The position numbers and the translations under genes were made by a program. Positions 9,686 to 17,911 of a DNA stretch of 33,896 nucleotides are shown one piece after another. Numbering within the stretch: position 1 is the first letter of the stretch; each line of letters begins with the position of its first letter. The DNA is taken from contig MRSU01011300.1 in assembly GCA_008369845.1 (NCBI GenBank), positions 1 through 33,896 of the forward strand, read 5' to 3'. The notes under the pieces are model-generated. The model had not been told where the DNA came from. It searched no databases and saw nothing but the letters and a program-made list of their open reading frames with translations. This DNA comes from Trichomonas gallinae. Taxonomy: Eukaryota.

Positions 9686-10231
9686 ATGGATTTCGAATTA
9701 AAGCATGCACTTGACAAACTGACGGATCGTGAAAAGGAGCTTGTAAAGAATTATTATCTAGTACAGAATGTGTCTAATAGAGTACGATCGCAGTTTACTA
9801 AAGAAGAAGATAAAAAGTTGATTGATTTGGTTAAGAAATATACTGCTAACAATTTCTCAGCTATAGCCAAGGAGCTTCCGGGTAGATCTGTTAGACAGTG
9901 CAGAGAACGCTGGAAACATTATTTATCACCTTCGGTCAGAAACACGCCGTGGACAGAAGAGGAAGATAACTTGCTGCGTGCAAAGTATTGCGAGCTAGGT
10001 CCTAAATGGGTTGAGATTTCGGCATTTTTCCATAATAGGACAGATGTAAATATTAAAAATCGATGGATTGTTTTAATGCGAAAAGACTCTAAGATGATAC
10101 TTTCTGTAGCCCAATATAATGCATCGAAAGCAAATTCGGAGACTGAAGCCCCTGAACCAACAGGTTTTGCTGAATTTGAATCAATCTCATTGGATTTTGA
10201 TCCTAATTTGCAGTTACTGGATCAGTTCTAA
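9686..10231 (+). CDS. R2R3 Myb DNA-binding transcription factor (181 aa)
   Basis: FTKEEDKKLIDLV...IAKELPGRSVRQCRERWKHYLSP and WTEEEDNLL...GPKWVEISAFFHNRTDVNIKNRW. The C-terminal tail is acidic. Inr TCATT at 9677-9681. Confidence 0.97.
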   Translation: MDFELKHALDKLTDREKELVKNYYLVQNVSNRVRSQFTKEEDKKLIDLVKKYTANNFSAIAKELPGRSVRQCRERWKHYLSPSVRNTPWTEEEDNLLRAKYCELGPKWVEISAFFHNRTDVNIKNRWIVLMRKDSKMILSVAQYNASKANSETEAPEPTGFAEFESISLDFDPNLQLLDQF

Positions 10232-11021
10232 TGGTTGATGCAGTATATATTGATTTATAATTAGTTTAATTGATTAGGAATTTTTCAATGTAGAATAAAG
10301 GATGTATACTATACTGTTTTTATTATCAGCATCTCTTTATAGTATAAATTCTATATGGATAGGGTTAAATTCATTAAATTATAAAAAAAGATATGAGATT
10401 GTCTATGGTTTGTTAAATTATTGTATAAATACACATTGGCAACTCACATATATGATCAAACACGATTCAATAGTGAAGTTTATGAATAAGAAATTAAAAA
10501 GATATTTGGTCAGTTTAGTTCAGCTTGAAACAGGCTATGAATGGTAAATATAAGTGAAATCAATTGTACTCACAATGTCACCTTTATCGGATTAGATTTT
10601 TTTTATTGAACTGTGGAATTCGGATTACAATAATTTTTATTTATTTAAACAATTTCCATATCTGTTAAGTTGCTTAAATATGAAATATAGAAACAAATCT
10701 TATTTTTTTATCATGGAAAAAATCTCCAACAAAAAAATTACTTTCGCATAATCAAAGGACAGATGAATTCAAATCACATTTTACTTTAATAATCTGTCTT
10801 ATAGCTTGTCACATTTTATTCTCATAAGGATATAAATTCATTAACACAACTTTTTTCAAATAAATTATATCAAATGTTCTTAATATATTTATATTTCTAA
10901 ATATTTATCTGATATTTGATTTTATATGGTGAAATATAATATGATAGAATAAGTAAATATGTTTGATTATGATTTGAAAAATTTTGCCTAATGATAACCT
11001 TATTTTAAAATTTGTATTGCA

Positions 11022-11639
11022 ATGAAAGGTGACAAAATGGAGCTTCCTTTAAACTCTCCGTGGACTTTTTACTATTTCCAAAAGTCTGAGCAGAGCGATG
11101 TTCCATACGAGCAGTGTATCCACAAAATCGGAAAATTTTCAAATGTTGAGCAATTTTGGCATATTTATTCTCATATTCAAAGACCGCACAATCTTCCTAG
11201 CACAATAACCCTACAGTTATTTAGAGGAGATGTGAGACCGATGTGGGAAGATGAAGAAAATCGAATGGGAGGATCGTTTTTAATTCGACTTCCTAAAAAT
11301 CAAACTAAATCTTTATGGGAACGTATGGTTTTGAATCTAATTGGCGAACAATTTCCATCTGATATAGTAGGAACTGCTGTTTCTACTCGTCAAAGATTTG
11401 ATTTAATGTATGTTTGGCATCAGCACGCTTCTGATGCATCTATTCGCCTTAGTATCGCACAGGCATTACAAAAAATCTTAGAATTACCATATAAATATAA
11501 AATAGATTATAATCCTTTCGATCCTGAAGCGAATGGATTCGACTCAAAGATGTATATTCAATACACAGTTGAAGCAAACGGGCCTGTTGAAAGATTGTCT
11601 CAGAAACAGCCTAAACAAGAAAATGTCAAAGATAATTAG
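11022..11639 (+). CDS. eIF4E: eIF4E-family cap-binding protein, 4EHP/eIF4E2-like (205 aa; alternative start ATG at 11037)
   Basis: PLNSPWTFYY, FSNVEQFW, LFRGDVRPMWEDEENRMGG, LWERMVLNLIGEQF, IVGTAVSTR and YVW. Confidence 0.95.
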   Translation: MKGDKMELPLNSPWTFYYFQKSEQSDVPYEQCIHKIGKFSNVEQFWHIYSHIQRPHNLPSTITLQLFRGDVRPMWEDEENRMGGSFLIRLPKNQTKSLWERMVLNLIGEQFPSDIVGTAVSTRQRFDLMYVWHQHASDASIRLSIAQALQKILELPYKYKIDYNPFDPEANGFDSKMYIQYTVEANGPVERLSQKQPKQENVKDN

Positions 11640-12070
11640 TTTATAATATTTTTGTTGGTAATTTATGATAAAAACTTCACTACTGCGATCTGTTCTTTTT
11701 TATTTTTTAATCAAATTGGTTTTTTGCTAAATCATCAAATAATATTGATTACACTTTGCAGAATATTAATTAACACTATATTAGTTTCACTTTTCACTAA
11801 TATATTCGTGATCAAAAATGTCCAGAAAAGGCGATCTTTTAAAACCTGAGTTTTGCCAAATTTTGACGAAAAGTGGATGATTCTGGCATGTAAATTATTC
11901 AAAATTCTAATGAATTTGACAATCCGTCATGTAAAATTCATATTCAAACTTTTTGTTGAAATTTGTTGTTTTCTTTATATTGTCTTTGTAAATTTTAATT
12001 TTAAATGAAATATCTTTAACTTTTATAATTATTTTATGAGGAAGTTGATTGGAAAGTCTTTGTTAATGAT

Positions 12071-15000
12071 TTATACACCAGAATTGCTGAGCAAAAGCTG
12101 TGATGCAGAGAGAAGCTTCATATCTCTAATCATATGCTTACGGCAGCAAGCTAAGTAAGCGATAACGCCAATAATTAAGGCAATAACAGCAACAACAGCA
12201 CCTGTTATGCAGATAACAATCAGCATCTTAGATTTGCTTGCATCACTTGTAAAAACTATTGTCACTGAGCTGTCATCGATCTGCAATGCGGCATTAACAG
12301 TTCTCTTGCCTACCTGCATTGATGTCTTCTTAAGTCTTGCGATTTCAGTGAGAGCTTTCTTGTCTAAGCGGCAAGATAAGACTGGTGAACTGATTTTCAT
12401 TCCATTATCATCAACATGGTCGCATGTCCAGTCGATTTCGACCAAAGATGGAAGATGTGATGCATCATCTTCAACTGTCAGCGTTGTTAAATAGCCTGGC
12501 TGTGCTGTTAAGTTGACTCTGTTCGGTAACTTGGCGTTCTTAGCGAAAATTGTTGTGCCGATTGGCATTATTAGTTCTCTATTTTGGACATTTGTGCCAT
12601 CAAGATAAATCGATGAGTGCTTGGCTGCTATATCGAAATCTTTAACGAAAATCGGGCCTGACACTGAAACCTTTCCTTGTGCTGTGATCTTGTTGACTTT
12701 AACAATGAATGTTGGGTCAACCATCTCGATGGCAAACTTTGTGTCAGTCAAATTCAAGTCTTCGAGCTCAAAAGCAGCGCCTGATTCTGGTCCTTCGATA
12801 ATTTCGAAAGAATTCATGTTTCCGTAGAAGCTGAATGGTAAAATGGATGATTTAGTGTAGATAAGAGCTTTCGCGTCATCATAAAACTCGATTGCATTTT
12901 GTCCAGACTTAAATCCATCATTAATGTGTACATGATAAGTATTTAGGCCTTTTGCAGCCATGAGTTTGATTGTGTGAATCTCTCCATCGTATTTGGGAAT
13001 CAATGTAATAACTCCTGTCCTATCTATATATAATGGAAGTGAATAATCTTTTGCCGAGATATTATATTCGAAATCATCCCTGAAAATCCATCCTGTTTCT
13101 GTATATGTGATGTGAACATTGCTGTATATTGGAATAACAGCGTTTGGAAAAGATTTGATATCTAAATCACCGAGAACTTGAAGGGAAACACCAACAACAG
13201 TGTTGTCAGAGAACTTCAATGTGGACTTTGCGTGATCAGAGAGTGATGATAATAAGCCAAACTCGATGTAATTTAATTTAATTTCATTTTCAACAAAGTC
13301 GAAAATACCGTTTTCCATCTTGAGGGCTGATATGTGGCGCTCATTTGGATCTATTTTGAGATTGATTGCGATGTCATGTAAAAGTCCTCTGACTTTTACA
13401 GCAATTGTGTTTTGGAGGCCAGCGAATGCGAAATAAGTATTAGAATCCATATTATCCATGACAGTAGCATCTATCTGCCTTGTGTTTTTAGAAATTAATG
13501 AAGATAAAGCTGTTGCATTATCTTTATTAACGAAAAGAGATCCAATGCACTCGTAGTCATTATCTGCATAGCATATCTTAGGGTAAACTTGTAATGGTGT
13601 GTCAATAAATTGAAATCCTGCGCAAGTCATTGAATCAACTTTCTTGCAAACCGGTTTGAGAATAGATGTCTCTGCAGTTAAGCCTGTTATACCCTGGGAT
13701 TCAGCAATAATCTTCCATTGATCGCAAGAATACTCGTTTTTAGTGCAAAATGTGTATTGTGGGGAATCAACGAAATACTGGGCTTCTTCATTGGTTGGTG
13801 TGCTTGATCCTGTGAAGTACATTGCTGCTCTGTTGTTGAAATTCATTTCTCCGAAAGAAACATATTTTCTTGTTTCCATATCATAGTGATAAATGAATTT
13901 TGATTCCTTAGCGAAGTTGATCGATGGAATGTAGGCCTCAGAGTTAGTTGTCTTGAAGACCTGGACGTCAGCAAGCTTGATATTTTGCAAAAAGTTATCT
14001 TCCTTTGAATTTCCATCCAATTCGACCTTGGGAACTCTGATAGTGACTGGATTTGATGCGTTGATGACACCATTTGTATGAACAGCCAAATAATTGAACA
14101 AATTAATTTTCGAAATCGTCTTAGAATTCTGTAAAGTCAATGTTCCGTTCTCTAGAATTGTTATATCGCTGAAGCCACACTCGTTGAGCCTATTCTGGAG
14201 ATTCAAAGTCGCTGTTCCGTTGATAAATATCGAAGCTTGCGAATTTTGATTTGCAACTGAAAGAACGGCGCCTGTGTTTAAATAAGTGCGGACAGAAGGT
14301 GCTGAAACTTCGTAGAAATCTTGGTAAGTGAGATCAACGAGGGCTCCATTCGCAACATTTAGAGAATAGACGGAATCTGTGGATTTGTTGTATTCTACAT
14401 TGATAACATCGATAACCATGCGCACTCCCTTGGAATTGTGGTTGATTGTGACTTGTGTGTAATTTTTCATTTCGAAAAAGATGACTGTATCGCCAAACTT
14501 CATTTCGAGGTCGTCAATGCCGATGGTAACCCTAGAGTCTTCGTGCTGTGCCTCAACTTCTAGGATTGTGCTTACAATAATGCGAGTATTTGAATGCGGA
14601 AGTCCCTCTGCGCTTGTTAAGTGGAATTCAGTTGTATTTGCAATGTTGAAGAACGAAACTGAGCGAAGGTCTGAGTGAATCTTGTGTGCTCTCAATGTAA
14701 CATTTTTAGAAAAATCAAATTCAACGCCAACCATGAATATGTGTCTGAAAGTTATGTATTCGTGGCTATCCATCTTGACACTGATATTTTTGAAGCCGAT
14801 AGCGTCCAAATTGCATTCTGTCTGATTCACCAATTGAAAATTGATCTTTGTTGTACTGATACCTGAGAAATCAATTTCTGCATTCTTAAGCTTAGCAGAT
14901 GATATGTCAACTATTGTGCTTTCATCGTTGATAATACGAAGATTTACCATCTGTTTTTCTGTAATCGTGTTGTAGAATTCGTCTATAGAATTAACAACAA

Positions 15001-15094
15001 TATCCTTGGATTCACACTGCGGCAGGGATGCTTTATCGACCCTGTAGCAGTACTGAGTAACATTTCTTTCACATAATAATGCAAAAATAAACAT
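12071..15094 (-). CDS. Large type I membrane (surface) protein of unknown function, 1007 aa
   Basis: Long uninterrupted ORF with a short hydrophobic N-terminus (MFIFALLC), a beta-strand-rich ectodomain with many NxS/T sequons, one TM segment (MLIVICITGAVVAVIALIIGVIAYLA), then CC and a short basic tail. The stop codon overlaps TAAA. Confidence 0.92.
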   Translation of the reverse strand: MFIFALLCERNVTQYCYRVDKASLPQCESKDIVVNSIDEFYNTITEKQMVNLRIINDESTIVDISSAKLKNAEIDFSGISTTKINFQLVNQTECNLDAIGFKNISVKMDSHEYITFRHIFMVGVEFDFSKNVTLRAHKIHSDLRSVSFFNIANTTEFHLTSAEGLPHSNTRIIVSTILEVEAQHEDSRVTIGIDDLEMKFGDTVIFFEMKNYTQVTINHNSKGVRMVIDVINVEYNKSTDSVYSLNVANGALVDLTYQDFYEVSAPSVRTYLNTGAVLSVANQNSQASIFINGTATLNLQNRLNECGFSDITILENGTLTLQNSKTISKINLFNYLAVHTNGVINASNPVTIRVPKVELDGNSKEDNFLQNIKLADVQVFKTTNSEAYIPSINFAKESKFIYHYDMETRKYVSFGEMNFNNRAAMYFTGSSTPTNEEAQYFVDSPQYTFCTKNEYSCDQWKIIAESQGITGLTAETSILKPVCKKVDSMTCAGFQFIDTPLQVYPKICYADNDYECIGSLFVNKDNATALSSLISKNTRQIDATVMDNMDSNTYFAFAGLQNTIAVKVRGLLHDIAINLKIDPNERHISALKMENGIFDFVENEIKLNYIEFGLLSSLSDHAKSTLKFSDNTVVGVSLQVLGDLDIKSFPNAVIPIYSNVHITYTETGWIFRDDFEYNISAKDYSLPLYIDRTGVITLIPKYDGEIHTIKLMAAKGLNTYHVHINDGFKSGQNAIEFYDDAKALIYTKSSILPFSFYGNMNSFEIIEGPESGAAFELEDLNLTDTKFAIEMVDPTFIVKVNKITAQGKVSVSGPIFVKDFDIAAKHSSIYLDGTNVQNRELIMPIGTTIFAKNAKLPNRVNLTAQPGYLTTLTVEDDASHLPSLVEIDWTCDHVDDNGMKISSPVLSCRLDKKALTEIARLKKTSMQVGKRTVNAALQIDDSSVTIVFTSDASKSKMLIVICITGAVVAVIALIIGVIAYLACCRKHMIRDMKLLSASQLLLSNSGV

Positions 15095-15104
15095 TTGTAA
15101 AAAA

Positions 15105-15132
15105 AATGAAAAGTGACGATGTGAAAAGTGAC
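15105..15132 (-). promoter_or_regulatory. Initiator TCATT plus two GTCACTTT copies upstream of the 1007-aa gene
   Basis: The minus strand reads GTCACTTTTCACATCGTCACTTTTCATTTTTTTTACAA-ATG. AAAGTGAC occurs on + at 15110-15117 and 15125-15132. Confidence 0.6.
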
Positions 15133-16384
15133 AAATTCAAAATTTCGAAAATTTCACCAAAATAACAATATTTATTAAATCTATATAGTATATATATTCA
15201 ATTTTTCAAGGAAATAAGTTCTAATTATGATTTTTAAAATTTTTTCTAATTTTATTCACGATTTATATCATTTTAAGCATTATACTATCTTATTTATAAA
15301 ATTTTACTAATATTTATTCATGCCAAAAATGATTGTATCGATTAAAAAAAAATCAAATTTAAAATAAACAAAATATGATTACATAATTGTGATGATATAT
15401 AAGGAAATTGACTATATTCAATAATTTCTTCATTAAAAGTAGCATATCTCGATAAAAAAATTTCAATATGTAAAAATAACGAAATATGATGATATAATTA
15501 TGATGAGATATGAGATAAATGTCTATACTTAATACTTATATCATTAAAAGCAGCCGAACTCGCTTAAAAAAAAACAATTCAAACATTCAACGACACTGTA
15601 CAAAGATTTGCGCATATGAACAATACTATTATTTATATCTTCAATTCTAAAAGAAATGAGTATGATTTATCTAATTTTAATGCTGTTTTTTAAAAAAATA
15701 TAGAAAAGATCTAATTTTAGTGTATTTGGCTTATCAAATAGCTTGAATATGATTATGTGGATGTGTACAATATATAAAATCATGAGTTAAAGGTTGAATG
15801 TTTATTTGTATGTTGAGATATTTTTTTGAACATTAAAAAAGTCTTTTTTTAGCCAAAACTATTCAGCCAATTGTTTATTATTATATTTCCAATGAGTTCC
15901 ATATGGTTAATTTAGATTTTACGTTTATTTTATTTTTGCAAAAAATATTTCACAATGAACTGATCATATCCTGGTGGAACACCACCTTTGTGTCTTTAGA
16001 AAGTTATGGGTCACATGGTTTTGAGTTCATACGACAAAAATTATCCGCTCAAAAATTTATTCATGAATATGGCGTCTGTCTTCGATATATAATGATTAAT
16101 TAGATGAGATGATTGCATTGGAATGATTTAGTCTGGTTTTCTTTGGGTTTTGTCTTCTAAGGAATTATTATTTATGTTTTATCAGCAGGTTCAGATCATA
16201 ATGATGGTCTATATTATGTATTTAATGTGCTTAGCCGGTCCTGTCTAGTTTACGGAGCTTTTTTATGGAGGTTCATTTATCCGTTTGTGTTTTAGGTTGC
16301 GAATAACAGATACTTTATTTGAATCAACAAATAACTATTAAATTTATGGATAAAGATATAGAGAAGAAAAGAAAAAACAACAAA

Positions 16385-17911
16385 TTAGCGCGGATAATGC
16401 GGATATGGTTGAGAAGCGTATGGAGAAGGAGACTGATAACCATACTGTGGTTGTCCTTGGCCATAATTCTGATAGAGCGCTGATTGGTATTGAGCATAAT
16501 TCGGATATTGACCCTGAGTAGCATATCCAGCCGCTGCAAGCTGTTGCTGATACTGCTGCTGAACGAGCTGCTGTTGGTATGCTTGCTGGTCGTAGGCTCC
16601 AGCGCCTGGCATCATTCCTGGCTGGCCTTGCATCTGAGGATTGTAGCCTTGTCCTGGGCCATAGCCGAGATTGTAGGTTTGCTGATTCTTTGGATCGAGA
16701 TATGCCATTTGTCGGCTGAGATTTGCTTGAATTTGATTTTGTAAGTTTGCTGCTTTGTTTGGCTCCAGCGGATTTGGACTGTCTCCGACTGGCATTTGTG
16801 GCGCGTTCTTGTTGTTGTATGGATTGTTGAATTTAGGTGCAGATGTTGGGGCTGATTGATTAGTTGATTGTTCAGGCATGCGATGTGGCATAGACATGTA
16901 GCCACGCGGCTGCGCTGGGCCTGAATAAAACGCCTTTGGTGATCTTCCCTCTGCCGGTGGTAAGCCCATTGGCGCGAATTGCAAACCTGGTCCCATTGGT
17001 CCAGTTGGCAAACCTGGAGCTCCTGGCATTGGGCCGGTTGGCAAACCCGGGGCTCCTGGCATGCCAGGCTGGAATCCTCCTGTTGGCAAAGACGGGCCGG
17101 GAAGTCCATTGATCTGATGTAAATGCGGCATAGACGAATACTGTCCGATAGGGTTCGAGTGTGGGCCGGCTGATGGGTCATTGAACTGATCTCCGCGCAT
17201 TGGGAACGTTTGTGATGTAGAATCGTCTGGATTGGCAAAAGTAACTGAAGAGGGCATTCTGAACTTTGGCTGTGGACCTGGGTTCGACGAGATTCCTTCG
17301 CCTTGGAACGAAGCGTTGGCTGTATTATAATTTTGCCCGCCATGCTGAGACGAAAATGATGGAGGAAGGATCTCTCCGGCATCATCATCGCCTATATCTT
17401 CATTAAACTCTGGAATATAATCCGGAGGCTCAGAAGAAGAAGAATTTCCATTTGGTTTAGAAGGGCGTTTTGATTCAATATTGATATCTGGAGCTAAGGA
17501 TCTATCGAATTTTCCTTTAGAACAGTCAAAAGGCTGCTTGCCGCGAGTATCAATGTGTAAAACGACAGTCATCCATGGCTGAGAAGAAACCATAACTCGA
17601 GTCATCTCAACCTTAATTTTAACTTTTTTGTCTATTGGGATCGCAGGGGCCGGAATTTTAACGCTCGATAATACATTTTCGCCGCTAACGGTCTTAGATT
17701 TTAACAGAAAGTTGAAGGTGCCTTCCAATTTCTGTGGCTGGAAGCACAAAGTTTCGCTATCAAAATTGAGGTCGCCTGGATCTCTTTCCTTTGTTTTGGT
17801 GGTTTCTCCGTTTGCGTCGTCTACGACTTGCACGAATAATTTGTTCGATCCTAGGTCAGCATTGGATATCCCTTCTATTTTGGGGATCCTTATATAGAAG
17901 CGACACCTCAT
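16385..17911 (-). CDS. C2-like domain protein with long Pro/Gly/Gln/Tyr low-complexity tail (508 aa)
   Basis: The N-terminal ~120 aa has a C2 beta-sandwich pattern (FYIRIPKIEGI, LFVQV, KTKER, LNFDSETLCF, FNFLLKSK, VLSSVKIP, MTVVLH, PF). The tail contains YGQGQPQYGYQSPSPY. I moved the start from 18022 to ATG 17911 because the upstream 37 codons are A/T-run leader. Confidence 0.85.
   Translation of the reverse strand: MRCRFYIRIPKIEGISNADLGSNKLFVQVVDDANGETTKTKERDPGDLNFDSETLCFQPQKLEGTFNFLLKSKTVSGENVLSSVKIPAPAIPIDKKVKIKVEMTRVMVSSQPWMTVVLHIDTRGKQPFDCSKGKFDRSLAPDINIESKRPSKPNGNSSSSEPPDYIPEFNEDIGDDDAGEILPPSFSSQHGGQNYNTANASFQGEGISSNPGPQPKFRMPSSVTFANPDDSTSQTFPMRGDQFNDPSAGPHSNPIGQYSSMPHLHQINGLPGPSLPTGGFQPGMPGAPGLPTGPMPGAPGLPTGPMGPGLQFAPMGLPPAEGRSPKAFYSGPAQPRGYMSMPHRMPEQSTNQSAPTSAPKFNNPYNNKNAPQMPVGDSPNPLEPNKAANLQNQIQANLSRQMAYLDPKNQQTYNLGYGPGQGYNPQMQGQPGMMPGAGAYDQQAYQQQLVQQQYQQQLAAAGYATQGQYPNYAQYQSALYQNYGQGQPQYGYQSPSPYASQPYPHYPR
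16994..17059 (-). repeat. 2 x 33-bp tandem repeat encoding PGAPGLPTGPM twice
   Basis: Units 16994-17026 and 17027-17059 differ at 4 sites, all synonymous third positions. Confidence 0.9.

Noticed and set aside
8784..10547. 73-aa (8784-9005) and 81-aa (10302-10547) ORFs
   Set aside because: I/L/F/Y/K/N-rich translations typical of AT-rich spacer; the first has a TTG start, and neither has a recognisable motif.
15973..15989. GGTGG-aaca-CCACC-TTT terminator-like hairpin
   Set aside because: 5-bp stem, short T-run and eukaryotic context; no reason to call an intrinsic terminator.
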